NCBI GenBank assembly: GCA_964416765.1
Contig: CAYQEU010000001.1
Span: 1,675-65,674 of the forward strand
Length of the DNA stretch: 64,000 nt
Source of the DNA: an uncultured Candidatus Saccharibacteria bacterium
GTDB lineage: Bacteria; Patescibacteriota; Doudnabacteria; UBA920
Direction: 5' to 3'
Below are positions 18,314-27,596 of this stretch, one piece after another; positions within the stretch are counted from its first letter, which is position 1, and every line of letters starts with the position of its first letter. Below the pieces are notes generated by a model. The model ran no database searches. It had not been told where the DNA came from and was given only the letters and a program-made list of their open reading frames with translations. The position numbers and the translations under genes are program-made.

Positions 18314-18958
18314 TTACTTTTCCACCACAATCATGGCGGAATCCCGGATTTTTGCGTTTAGGTGAATGCCGGAGGAATAGTCCTGCATGGCCCGTTCAAA
18401 TATGCTCTCGCTCGCGCGCCGATAGGCACCAGTCATGGGGTCATGGAAGATTATTTCGCCATTGTCATGCCCCACGACCACCACTGTGTGGCGGGTGGTG
18501 AAGCTGTTGTACAGCCTTGTGCTGAGCACACGGGGGTTTAAGGGGGTAATGACCAGGCTTCCATTATCCAGCTGCGCCTTGATGTCCTGAACGGTGACAT
18601 TGTGCACTACTCTTAACCCATGGTATCCATAATACTGCACCATTAAATTTGCCGTATCCTGGGCCGAGGTATCCTGGTAAAATCCGTGAAAGAATTTTTC
18701 GTAATCAGACATGCCCACTATTTCATCTCGCGCTTGTTCTTTTGACATTGGGTTCCCACTTTCCCACATTACCGCCATGAGAATGCTTGCTTCTTCGCAG
18801 CCGTCGCTTTGTCGCGGATCACTCCATTGGCCCAGAGGCGCCTGGCTGGTGTAAGGAACGGCCAGAGTTGCCGCGAGCGATGGATGCGCAAAAACAAATA
18901 TTCCGGCCAACGCCAGAAATACTCCCACTCCTTGTTTTAGTGTGTTTGTTTTAATCAT
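18314..18958 (-). CDS. Secreted C39-like cysteine peptidase
   Basis: Signal peptide, VPYTSQ...GCEEAS, HTVVVVG, IFHDP (Cys-His-Asp triad). Confidence 0.85.
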   Translation of the reverse strand: MIKTNTLKQGVGVFLALAGIFVFAHPSLAATLAVPYTSQAPLGQWSDPRQSDGCEEASILMAVMWESGNPMSKEQARDEIVGMSDYEKFFHGFYQDTSAQDTANLMVQYYGYHGLRVVHNVTVQDIKAQLDNGSLVITPLNPRVLSTRLYNSFTTRHTVVVVGHDNGEIIFHDPMTGAYRRASESIFERAMQDYSSGIHLNAKIRDSAMIVVEK

Positions 18959-18963
18959 TGGGT

Positions 18964-18995
18964 AAAAAAATCGGGCGCTTTTTGGGCGCCCGATT
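18964..18995 (-). terminator. Intrinsic terminator
   Basis: AATCGGGCGC/GCGCCCGATT stem followed by a T tract on the minus strand. Confidence 0.7.
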
Positions 18996-19000
18996 GATAG

Positions 19001-19810
19001 TTATTTAATCCAGATCTTCAGGGCGGTTAATACGTGGAGTATATTGTCCCAAATCCCGAAAACCCTTACTTTAGTTCCCACAGTTACATCAGAAGTAGTG
19101 GCAGTGCCGCCATTTTGGCTGACTACCTGGGTGTTAGAGTTGGTTGCCACAGTGGCACTAGCGCCATTCTTTGCCTGGACCGTCAGGTCAGAACCGGCAA
19201 CTGCGGTGACCACACCTTTGTCAGATGCAAATGCCTTGTTTACCGGCATATCGTATACGAAGTTGGCAGTTAAAGTGGATCCAGACAATGTTCCGTTTAC
19301 AGTAACTTTGTCGCCTACCTGGATGTTTGTGTTGGTAATGGCAGTGTTGGGCACGCTTATTATAGTGGCGCCCGAATCAACAACGGTTAGGGTTCCATTA
19401 TGCTTGGTCGTGAAGGTAAAACCGGTGCTTGAGGTACCAGTAACAGTTCCGGTGTAGAACAAAGTGAACATATTGCCAAAACCGAACCCATGGTCTCCAC
19501 GATGGGAATCACCGTCGTGGTCGCCATCTTTGTTATTGTCACGGTTTGTATTCTTATTGTTATCTTGTTTAGGGTCGGTCTTGGAGTTGTCCCGCTCCCC
19601 AAAAACATGGACACCATATTGGCTGTAAGTGCTTGAATTTGCAGATACATTGCCGCGATCGGTGTTAGCTTTCGCGTTTACGTCAGTAGAGGCTTTAACC
19701 TGGAAAGAGTGCCCGGAGGTAAGTCCGTGGGCCGCCGCAACTCCTGGTACCATAACAGCCACAATACCCAGGGCCGCCACCAACATAGAAAGTTTTTGGA
19801 TAAGTTTCAT
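19001..19810 (-). CDS. Secreted DUF5666-like OB-fold repeat protein
   Basis: Signal peptide. Two repeats GxVT...IQVGDKVTVNG / VTVGTKVRVFG. Confidence 0.75.
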   Translation of the reverse strand: MKLIQKLSMLVAALGIVAVMVPGVAAAHGLTSGHSFQVKASTDVNAKANTDRGNVSANSSTYSQYGVHVFGERDNSKTDPKQDNNKNTNRDNNKDGDHDGDSHRGDHGFGFGNMFTLFYTGTVTGTSSTGFTFTTKHNGTLTVVDSGATIISVPNTAITNTNIQVGDKVTVNGTLSGSTLTANFVYDMPVNKAFASDKGVVTAVAGSDLTVQAKNGASATVATNSNTQVVSQNGGTATTSDVTVGTKVRVFGIWDNILHVLTALKIWIK

Positions 19811-19853
19811 AGAAGCCTTTCTATTTTGTTAATTATTAACCTTTCCGGGCAAT

Positions 19854-19910
19854 ATATCGCCTGCGGGTAAAAAGTGTTACAATGTAACATCTATGTTAAA
19901 GACGCGTTAT
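19854..19910. promoter_or_regulatory. Back-to-back ECF-type promoters
   Basis: TGTAAC-N16-CGTTAT on the plus strand and TGTAAC-N16-CGATAT on the minus strand. Confidence 0.7.
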
Positions 19911-19912
19911 AA

Positions 19913-20467
19913 ATGATGGACAAAAGCCAAGTAAATGATTTAGTGGCCAAAATCCAAAAAGGAGATGAGCAAGCATTTTCGCTTATTTATGACGAATTTG
20001 CTGACCGAATCTACAAGTTTACATGCCTAAAGGTGTCCGAGCCAGAAGTGGCGGAAGACCTCCTCCAGGAAGTTTTCGTTAAAGCCTGGCAGGGGTGCAA
20101 AACCCTGGAATTGGAAGACTTGAATTTTTCGGCCTGGCTCTACCGGGTAGCGTCGAATACGATCAACGACCATTATCGGAAAGCGTATAGGCGGCCTCAG
20201 ACCACGGAGTTGGATCCGGCGTTCAACATCGCGTCGACCGACGTTACCGAAAAGGCGACTGAGGATTCTTTTGATGCCCAAGCCATGCGTGAAGTAATAG
20301 ATGAGTTGCCCGCCAACTATAAGCAGATAATCGAACTTCGTTATTTCCAGGATTTCACGGTTGAAGAAACCGCTAAGGTCTTGAACAAAAGCAGTGTCAC
20401 AATCCGTGTGCTCCAGCACCGGGCAACTAAAAAATTAAGACAATTATATAGAGAGAATGGACGATAA
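19913..20467 (+). CDS. ECF-family RNA polymerase sigma factor
   Basis: Region 2 (AEDLLQEVFVKAW, FSAWLYRVASN) and region 4 (LPANYKQIIELRYF...EETAKVL). Confidence 0.93.
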   Translation: MMDKSQVNDLVAKIQKGDEQAFSLIYDEFADRIYKFTCLKVSEPEVAEDLLQEVFVKAWQGCKTLELEDLNFSAWLYRVASNTINDHYRKAYRRPQTTELDPAFNIASTDVTEKATEDSFDAQAMREVIDELPANYKQIIELRYFQDFTVEETAKVLNKSSVTIRVLQHRATKKLRQLYRENGR

Positions 20468-21251
20468 GTTAAAACAATTATATAGACAATATTCCGAAAG
20501 CGGTCATTCCGCTTTGTCACCCGAGGCAAAGTCCCGGGTAAAGGATAAAGTATTCCAGCGTCTTTCCGAGCCGGCTACTGCAGTGCAACCACAGCCGGTT
20601 TCATTTTGGGAAAAATTACGCGGAAGTTTTGTAGTGCGCAGTTATGTAATTGTGCCACTGGCTTTAATTTTAATAATAATTTCCAGTACCGCTGCCTCCG
20701 CTACATCTTTGCCGGGAGACTTGTTGTACCCGCTGAAGCGCCAGGTGGAGAGCGCCAGAATCTGGCTTGCGCCTACCCCGGCAGCCCGCATGGACTTGGA
20801 AGTAAATTTCGCTGAACAACGCTTGCAGGAATTGAAGAACCTTCAGGATGATGAATTCCCGATGCTTCCGCTGCAAACAGGTAACAGCAGCACTGGGGTT
20901 TCCGCCAACGCAAGTTCAAACGCCAACATCTCTAACAGCAATTCTGATAAAAACGACGATGCCATAAAGGCTGCCAAGAAGAAACGCAAAGAACAAGCCA
21001 AAAAAGAAGCTAATGACGCTCTGGAATTTCTCAAGAAGGCGCAATCCCAGTATCAGAAAGATAGACAAAACCAAAAAGCCGACAACCTTAACAGGGTTAT
21101 CGACGATTTGAAAAACAGCATAAAGAGAGACGATGACGGCAACCAGCCGCCATCGTCTGTAAATGGGGTTCCGCCAGTCAACCTAAATGTTAACGCCAAC
21201 ATTCAGGGTAGTATCCCACCGGTGCATGTAAGCTTGCCTCACGGTCTTTAA
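20457..21251 (+). CDS. Putative membrane anti-sigma factor with DUF5667-like domain
   Basis: Overlaps the sigma gene. One TM helix, then SLPGDLLYPLKRQVE...FAEQRLQE. Confidence 0.75.
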   Translation: MDDKLKQLYRQYSESGHSALSPEAKSRVKDKVFQRLSEPATAVQPQPVSFWEKLRGSFVVRSYVIVPLALILIIISSTAASATSLPGDLLYPLKRQVESARIWLAPTPAARMDLEVNFAEQRLQELKNLQDDEFPMLPLQTGNSSTGVSANASSNANISNSNSDKNDDAIKAAKKKRKEQAKKEANDALEFLKKAQSQYQKDRQNQKADNLNRVIDDLKNSIKRDDDGNQPPSSVNGVPPVNLNVNANIQGSIPPVHVSLPHGL

Positions 21252-21490
21252 CAGCCAAGTACCAACGCGCGTTTTTTCTGGCGCGTCCACTTTTTAACTT
21301 CAATTTCGCGGCGAAGCGCTTCGCCGCGATTTTTGTATTTTTCGCTGTAAACTATGCGACCGCCTCCATGAGAACGCACGTAAACCGAGCCTTTTCCACT
21401 GTTATGCAAGGCTGAGCGCTTATCCAAGTCGTTGGTCACTCCGCTGTAGTAGGTTCCGTCGGCGCACTCAAGGATATAAAAATAATCCAC
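21248..21490 (-). CDS. GIY-YIG nuclease family protein (UPF0213-like)
   Basis: YFYILECADGTYYSGVTNDL..R...H, ALRREIEVK. Confidence 0.88.
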   Translation of the reverse strand: MDYFYILECADGTYYSGVTNDLDKRSALHNSGKGSVYVRSHGGGRIVYSEKYKNRGEALRREIEVKKWTRQKKRALVLGC

Positions 21491-21939
21491 TATTTTTTTG
21501 TTTGATTGAGTATTTCCAAAATGAGACGGTTCTGTTCTTCCAAATGGAGTAGGATGGCTTCGATTTCGGTTTCAGACTTGGTGTTAACTTCGAAATCGGC
21601 TTCGGCTCGTGCCTCCGAATGCCGTCCCTGCAAGTTTTGTCCGATCATAATTAAAGGCATCAGAAAGATTTGGATCATATTGGAAATGAAAAGCCAGAGG
21701 ACGAAAGCCGGGGAGGGGTCAAAACGCAATTCGCGCGGGGCGAATATATTCCATGAGAGCCAAAAACTGGTCCAGCAAAAGATAATTATAAAGAAGCCCA
21801 TGGTGCCAACGTGGTTGGTTATCCAGAGCGCCAGTTTGTCGAGAGAGCTGAGGTTTTGCCGCACCTCGACATTGGCGTTTCGCACCGGCTTATGAATTTT
21901 TCGGATTTCCTCCAGAGAGAGGATTTTTTGCTGTTCCAT
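21490..21939 (-). CDS. DUF1003 membrane protein
   Basis: VGTMGFF...FDPSP...PLIMIGQN...AEADFEVN. Confidence 0.82.
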   Translation of the reverse strand: MEQQKILSLEEIRKIHKPVRNANVEVRQNLSSLDKLALWITNHVGTMGFFIIIFCWTSFWLSWNIFAPRELRFDPSPAFVLWLFISNMIQIFLMPLIMIGQNLQGRHSEARAEADFEVNTKSETEIEAILLHLEEQNRLILEILNQTKK

Positions 21940-21958
21940 ATATTGTTTTGTTGATTAG

Positions 21959-22663
21959 TTAAAGGCCCAAGACTGCTTTAGGGTCAATCCAGCCCGAAAG
22001 AAGGTCTTTGCTTTTGACATAGCCGAGAAGGCTGGGCGCGCTGCCGATGTGTATGCCCAAGTGCAAGTGCTTCCGTTCGCCGTCAGTTTCAGTAGAATTC
22101 CCGTTACCGAGGACGGCCAGTTCCTGGGCGGGCTTGATGTACGCGCCGACCGCCGGTTTGATGCTCGGTAATCTTAGGTGTCCGTAAATTACCGCCACGG
22201 TTTTCCCTTGTATAATGCAGCTTTGCACCGCGTAGCCACCATAACCTGAAGCGTAACCCTTAGTGAGGAGTTTCCCTTCGCACATGGCGTATATGGTTAT
22301 ATCGCTGTCTTTCTCTTCTGCGGTTGTCTCAAAGTCCAGCCCCGTGTGGTAACCGCTAAATCGCTCCGGCTTTACCGGGGAATTTTGCGGAGTCACGTAA
22401 GTGCCAAAAAGTTTTTTGGTAATTCTTGAAGCCGGCTCGCTTATGGGTGCTGCAATCCCATTGGTTACCGTGGGGGCAGGGGACTGTGTGCTGGGTTGGT
22501 CCTGGTTGATGTATTTGTTCGCAGCCGCGTTATTGGTATTAGCGGTCGAGACATCCTGATGGGAATTGCCATTTTCAAGTTTCGGCACGAATTGGTGCTC
22601 AATATACCAGCCGGCAAATGCCAGTATAACCCCAATAATAATCAATATAATAGGTCTTTTCAT
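21959..22663 (-). CDS. Membrane-anchored M23 metallopeptidase
   Basis: YHTGLD, GYGG, YGHL, HLHLG. N-terminal TM helix. Confidence 0.9.
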   Translation of the reverse strand: MKRPIILIIIGVILAFAGWYIEHQFVPKLENGNSHQDVSTANTNNAAANKYINQDQPSTQSPAPTVTNGIAAPISEPASRITKKLFGTYVTPQNSPVKPERFSGYHTGLDFETTAEEKDSDITIYAMCEGKLLTKGYASGYGGYAVQSCIIQGKTVAVIYGHLRLPSIKPAVGAYIKPAQELAVLGNGNSTETDGERKHLHLGIHIGSAPSLLGYVKSKDLLSGWIDPKAVLGL

Positions 22664-22691
22664 ATTGCTATAATTATACCACTTTAACATA

Positions 22692-22720
22692 TTGACATTT
22701 TAGATAAAATGTGGTATAAT
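22692..22720 (+). promoter_or_regulatory. Consensus sigma70 promoter
   Basis: TTGACA-N17-TATAAT with extended TG. Confidence 0.8.
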
Positions 22721-22834
22721 ATTGAGTTACAGTTTTTTTGCGCATTTTGCGCCAATTCCGTAACCTGGCTCGTGTTATTTGCCAGCAGTACAGCAATACA
22801 AAAACCAAAACTAGATTTTAAAGGAGATCAGATA

Positions 22835-23737
22835 ATGAAAGCTAAATTCTTTTTCGTGGCGATTATCTTCGCCATCGTTTCTTTTTTGACCGTTTCGACC
22901 GCTTCGGCGCAGGGACGACCCCTTCCTGAGGGCGCGCGCATTTTGGACAAAGCGTCCCTGGACGCAGCCATTCAGACTGTGAAGAATTCGCGCTCATCTA
23001 CCAATATGGACGCGAGCAGCCTTGACCGCGACGGCGCGGGTAGATACCGCCCCATGTTCGTCATACGCGTGTATGGCGACAGCGAAATCGGCATCTCGGC
23101 AATCGCCCAGAATGTTGACCGGATTCCGGCGGGAACAACCATGATTGGCACCCGCAGGTTCAACGGCAACGCCGACTATCTTTGGGGCATTACATTTCTC
23201 CAAGATGTGGACGCCAACTCGCTCTGGTATCAGATAGAGAATGGAAAACGTGCTTCCTACGAACCCGGCGGCACCATCAGTTATGAGATGCAGGTGATTG
23301 CTCCCGAAGGCGGCGTTACAACCTATTCCGCCGAGAAGAACTATCTGGCGTTTTACACCCAGACTCCTCATCAAACCATTCTGGACGGAATATCCGCCCG
23401 GGTGAACGATGGAGTAAGGTTCTACTTATTCGGCAGGTTCGTCGGCAACGTCGGCGTTTCCATCCGGGACGCGGACAGTGGCAACGTAATTTCCATCCCC
23501 AACGCGGCGGTAAGTGCGAACTCATTCCGCGTGTCGGTGGACATGAGTCAGGTTCCCTACTGGTACTATTCGGCAGGGGATTTCGACATCACGGTCGTTG
23601 ACGGAACCCGAAGGTCGGATACTTTCCGGGTTCGCTTGGCACCGCCGGGCGGCAATGGAAGAACCGACGAAGGAAGCCAGCTCAAGCTGGACTTGCTGAA
23701 CCAGGTTTACGGTCGGCAGTCGTCCGGAAAGAAATAA
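22835..23737 (+). CDS. Secreted beta-rich hypothetical protein
   Basis: AAGGAG SD before ATG 22835, signal peptide ending ASA, no family recognised. Confidence 0.7.
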   Translation: MKAKFFFVAIIFAIVSFLTVSTASAQGRPLPEGARILDKASLDAAIQTVKNSRSSTNMDASSLDRDGAGRYRPMFVIRVYGDSEIGISAIAQNVDRIPAGTTMIGTRRFNGNADYLWGITFLQDVDANSLWYQIENGKRASYEPGGTISYEMQVIAPEGGVTTYSAEKNYLAFYTQTPHQTILDGISARVNDGVRFYLFGRFVGNVGVSIRDADSGNVISIPNAAVSANSFRVSVDMSQVPYWYYSAGDFDITVVDGTRRSDTFRVRLAPPGGNGRTDEGSQLKLDLLNQVYGRQSSGKK

Positions 23738-23758
23738 TTTAATTTAGGCTTTAGGACT

Positions 23759-23794
23759 AGCGGCCCCTCGGTGAAAACCCTGGGGCTGCTTTTT
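23759..23794 (+). terminator. Intrinsic terminator
   Basis: AGCGGCCCC...GGGGCTGCT followed by TTTT. Confidence 0.6.
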
Positions 23795-24662
23795 ATTTGG
23801 CTGATAAATCGGTAAAGGCGGAAACTTCGTTGCCCATGCGTTCGTTTAACGGCCCTACTGCCTGGACTAGATATTGGACCAGGGCGTAGAGCTTATTCAT
23901 ATCTTCAGTGGTATAGACAACGCCGGGTGCATATACGTATAGGTGCTGGCCGACAAACTCCAAAGTGTAATTTTTCCAACCGTCCAGGAGGTTGGCCATA
24001 AACTCAGGGTTGAATATCTGGTAAAGCTCAATCTCCAAACCTTTCTGGACGTATATTTCAAAGTGCTCATTAAAATCGCCTTCCAATTCCAGTTTTTCCC
24101 GGTTGCCGGCCAGATTAGGCAAATCGCCATCGGAGAAGAAGCCGGGCCTGACCCGCAAATATATAGAGGGAAAAACCCTAGGGAATTCCAGCCGGACTAT
24201 GGTACTTGAATAGGTGTGCTGTTGTTGTTCCTGCATGGCAGAGGCGTAATCTTTGACCGTAAAACTATAGTTAAAAAGAGCCAGAGGGAAACTTTGCAGT
24301 TGGCCCTCAACCAAGTCAAAGCCTGTCCGCCCCTCGCCTAAACTAAATAACCCGCCATCAAGTGCCGTGGGGAAGCCAGTCTTTTCGAAGCTAAACTTGT
24401 GCGCCCGCGCGAATTGTTCATAGAACCTATCGCGGATTTCCGCTTTGATGTAAGAGTATAGAATAACCCCAACCAGGACAGGGAATAGAAACAGGACCAT
24501 GCCCCAGGTGCCATAGCCGCGGAACATAAAGTACAGGACCAGCGATTCATAAATGATTAACACGGCCGCGCCAATCAGGAGCGCGGGCATGTATTCCTGC
24601 CGGATGAAATTCTCCGTTGTGGAGACAACATTTTCAATGGGTCCGATTTTTTTGGTGTCCAT
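23793..24662 (-). CDS. Membrane protein with two TM helices and a DUF3137-like soluble domain
   Basis: Two N-terminal TM helices, LELEGDFNEHFEIY...IFNPEFM motif. Start re-called at MDTKK. Confidence 0.65.
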   Translation of the reverse strand: MDTKKIGPIENVVSTTENFIRQEYMPALLIGAAVLIIYESLVLYFMFRGYGTWGMVLFLFPVLVGVILYSYIKAEIRDRFYEQFARAHKFSFEKTGFPTALDGGLFSLGEGRTGFDLVEGQLQSFPLALFNYSFTVKDYASAMQEQQQHTYSSTIVRLEFPRVFPSIYLRVRPGFFSDGDLPNLAGNREKLELEGDFNEHFEIYVQKGLEIELYQIFNPEFMANLLDGWKNYTLEFVGQHLYVYAPGVVYTTEDMNKLYALVQYLVQAVGPLNERMGNEVSAFTDLSAK

Positions 24663-24666
24663 AAGG

Positions 24667-25176
24667 CTAAGAAAGTTGTTCAGGTTCAGGCCGAACGGCG
24701 CTATATATTGCCCAGGCGCAGGCAATAAGGATGGCGGCGACCCCCAGAAATCGTATGGCCGCGGCGACCCCAATTGTATGATGCAGCATGCCGGCCCGGA
24801 TTAACAACCAGTTCCAATCGTGCGTCGAACTGTCGCCAAACAGCAGGGGCAGCTGCATTTTTACCGCGTCGCCCGCGTAAACGGAAACGTTTAGCAGGTT
24901 TTCGCCGACCCAAAACAGGACTAAAGCGGCGGAAAAGTACTGTTCCTGGTAAGCAAAGTAGATTACAAAAATGGCGGGAAGCAATACCTGGGTGAGGCTT
25001 CCGCCCAAGGCGTACATAAAATCACCAAACGGCATGAAAATAATGTGGCCGCCTTCGTGAATCAACAGGTTCGCGTTATCAATAAAGTGCCAGGCTCCCG
25101 GGTTTAAGCAGCAACCAATGAAATAAATGGAAGCAATTATGGCGATAGCAAGCTTGAAGTAGTTATGGTTGGTCAT
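24667..25176 (-). CDS. Membrane protein with HExxH zinc motif (M50-like)
   Basis: LLIHEGGHIIF, ALGGSLTQ, VYAGDA, HDWN, about 4 TM helices. Confidence 0.72.
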   Translation of the reverse strand: MTNHNYFKLAIAIIASIYFIGCCLNPGAWHFIDNANLLIHEGGHIIFMPFGDFMYALGGSLTQVLLPAIFVIYFAYQEQYFSAALVLFWVGENLLNVSVYAGDAVKMQLPLLFGDSSTHDWNWLLIRAGMLHHTIGVAAAIRFLGVAAILIACAWAIYSAVRPEPEQLS

Positions 25177-25676
25177 AACGGGTTGTCGCGGAGCTTTAAT
25201 AGGTAACCAGCATAAGCCAGAATAGGTTGGATCAGCAAAGTAACTATTAATCCTACAGCGGCTATCGGCAACTGTTCCTTGCCCAGAGTTACAAAAACTA
25301 TTCCGGTTACAATTATGGAATCGCCGTGGTCTATGATTGGGACATACTTTCCCCGAGGAACGCCAAACCGCCTTTTGATGAAAGCTCCGCAGGCATGACC
25401 CAGGTATACCGTTAGCCCTTTAAGCGCGCCCAAAGCCGGGCTGGTTATGAATGATTCTATAAGCATGCCGGAAAGAATTGCGACCGGCAAACCAACCCAG
25501 GTAGTAGAAACTCCCAGCAGTCGGTACCCGTCTCCCAGAGTGTAGCCGAGGTCAAGCGGCGCGTCGTATTTAAGGAGTGCGGGACGGCGTAATTTGAGCA
25601 GGTACCATAAATTCAGCGCAATATTAATGCACCAACAGGGAATTGTATACAGGAGTACATGGTATAGCTCCGTCAT
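25173..25676 (-). CDS. CDP-archaeol synthase (CarS/DUF46)-like cytidylyltransferase
   Basis: PLDLG...DGYRLLG..TW.G, FIKRRFG..RG...PIIDHGD match the recalled CarS consensus. Confidence 0.8.
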   Translation of the reverse strand: MTELYHVLLYTIPCWCINIALNLWYLLKLRRPALLKYDAPLDLGYTLGDGYRLLGVSTTWVGLPVAILSGMLIESFITSPALGALKGLTVYLGHACGAFIKRRFGVPRGKYVPIIDHGDSIIVTGIVFVTLGKEQLPIAAVGLIVTLLIQPILAYAGYLLKLRDNPL

Positions 25677-27088
25677 TAAGACTTGATTTCCAGGTCGCTG
25701 ATGAAAAAGTTTTGCAGACCGGAACTCAGGAAATATTGTTCGACGACATTAACTTCGCGGGGCCAGCATTGCGGAAAGGCAAGCTCGACTTGGTATCGGT
25801 ACAAGCCATGGTCGGACCCGAGTTCCTTTATGGAGTTGAACATTTCCTTTACGGTTGCCGTCTGGAACTGCTCAAAGGTGGAAAGTACAAAGTTAAACCG
25901 GGTGCGGCTGCCATGGGTCATGCAAGTTTCGCCGGGTACGGTGACCGGTTGGAAGTTATCAAGCAAACCCTGCTCATTCAGAATTTGTCCCACAGTAGTG
26001 GGCTGACCAGGAAGGTAGGAATATATGGTCATGTTGCCAATTATTTTAACAGGTTTGTAAGCTGGGTCGTGCGGGTCATGGAACATTCCGACCAGTGCGC
26101 CTTCATCACCAATTGCCTGATGACGGTAGCTGGCCAGCGATAAATCAGCTGAGAGGGGATAATAAAACATCAAGGCGATGAAAATTCCACACAATAGGGC
26201 CGGCCGGTTTACAGCCTTGCCCCAGCTTACGTAGACCAAAGCCATCATGGCAAAAGCGTAGAGGCAGATTAGGTAAAGCTGGAAGGAAAAATCGGAAAAG
26301 CCGGAATACATTCCAAGCCAGTAGCAAACTACAACAAGCGCGGCGTAAAACAAGGCCCAGAGTAGGATAGCGTTCTTGAGCCAGGGTTTGCCACGAAAAA
26401 TCAGGTAAACGAATAGCGGTATACTGACTGCCGCTTCGTGGGTAAATGGCCCGCCATCAACTATGTTTTTTACAATACTGAAAGTAACAATAGCGAAAAT
26501 GAGCCCGTAAAGACGTGGGAATTTTTCCTGCTGCCACGTCGCGAGGAACTGCCAGGCTAGCAGATAGAGGATTGCTATTATTAAGATAATTCCAACCCAG
26601 GCCACCCAGTCGGGGACCAGCCCTACGAAAGCGTAACCAGTATCAATATTTTCCTGGCTGGCTTTGTGAGTGAAAGAAAGAATTGTGCCGGAAACAACTT
26701 TGAAAGTGTGATTATGGAGCAACTTGGTGCTTGAAAGCTCCCCGTGGTTTTCAGCAATTACGTAGTCCTGGTAGCTAAAACCGTAGTGGTGATAGAACCA
26801 GACAAAACTCCCAATATTGAGCAGAAAAGACAACAACACGGCCCCGACTAAGACGTTTTTCCAGCGGGCCTTAATTTTGGGCAGCGCTATTTTAAGATTT
26901 ACCGCCAGCAGAATAAGTAAAAGGTAGGCGAGGAATAGCACTACCTTGGTGAAGCTTCGCCCACCGGCGAAAATATTTATGAGTGAATGGAGGAAAAGGA
27001 AAACGTAGTCTGACCAGACGATAAGTCCGGCTAGTATTATGACGGCGGCAATGCCGCCCCAGCGCTTAAAGAGAGAGCCCAAAGCCAT
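25676..27088 (-). CDS. Polytopic membrane protein of unknown function (470 aa)
   Basis: About 9-10 hydrophobic segments, a polar loop with LLHNHTFK and VDGGPFTHE, and a C-terminal soluble domain with two Cys. Confidence 0.75.
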   Translation of the reverse strand: MALGSLFKRWGGIAAVIILAGLIVWSDYVFLFLHSLINIFAGGRSFTKVVLFLAYLLLILLAVNLKIALPKIKARWKNVLVGAVLLSFLLNIGSFVWFYHHYGFSYQDYVIAENHGELSSTKLLHNHTFKVVSGTILSFTHKASQENIDTGYAFVGLVPDWVAWVGIILIIAILYLLAWQFLATWQQEKFPRLYGLIFAIVTFSIVKNIVDGGPFTHEAAVSIPLFVYLIFRGKPWLKNAILLWALFYAALVVVCYWLGMYSGFSDFSFQLYLICLYAFAMMALVYVSWGKAVNRPALLCGIFIALMFYYPLSADLSLASYRHQAIGDEGALVGMFHDPHDPAYKPVKIIGNMTIYSYLPGQPTTVGQILNEQGLLDNFQPVTVPGETCMTHGSRTRFNFVLSTFEQFQTATVKEMFNSIKELGSDHGLYRYQVELAFPQCWPREVNVVEQYFLSSGLQNFFISDLEIKS

Positions 27089-27596
27089 GATTTTCTCCCC
27101 ATTTGGCTTGGCCAGACTCCAGATGCTCTGCCCAAAGTTGGTACATGTAGTTTAGTTCGGTAGTTCCCAAGCCGCACCCTATTCTGTTGCACCAATCGGA
27201 CATAGCACTTGGGGGTACGTATCCATATACATAGTAGTAATTGTCGTCGCCAGCGCAATTGATGCCACAAGGGTCCTTAGAGATATTTTTGGCATATGGC
27301 GATAGGTCAGTGGCCAAAAATTTCCACTGGTCAGAATAATCATAAATAGTCGAACAAGTGCCCGGGTTTTCTGCCTTACAGTCGTACTTTCCGGCATACG
27401 GAGCATGGTCTTTATCTATAGTGTATGCCTGGATGGCGGTGTCAATTTGTTTAATATCTGCTTTACGTTTGGCGTCACGAGCCAGTTTCCTTGCGGTACT
27501 GACTGATGTCAACACGATGCTGGCCAACAGTCCAATAATGGCAATCACAACGAGCAGTTCGATTAAAGTAAAACCAGCTTGTCTATTTTTGCGCAT
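27066..27596 (-). CDS. Type IV pilin with Cys-rich head
   Basis: QAG/FTLIELLVVIAIIGLLAS, RDAKRKADI, six Cys in the head. Confidence 0.92.
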   Translation of the reverse strand: MRKNRQAGFTLIELLVVIAIIGLLASIVLTSVSTARKLARDAKRKADIKQIDTAIQAYTIDKDHAPYAGKYDCKAENPGTCSTIYDYSDQWKFLATDLSPYAKNISKDPCGINCAGDDNYYYVYGYVPPSAMSDWCNRIGCGLGTTELNYMYQLWAEHLESGQAKWGENHGFGLSL

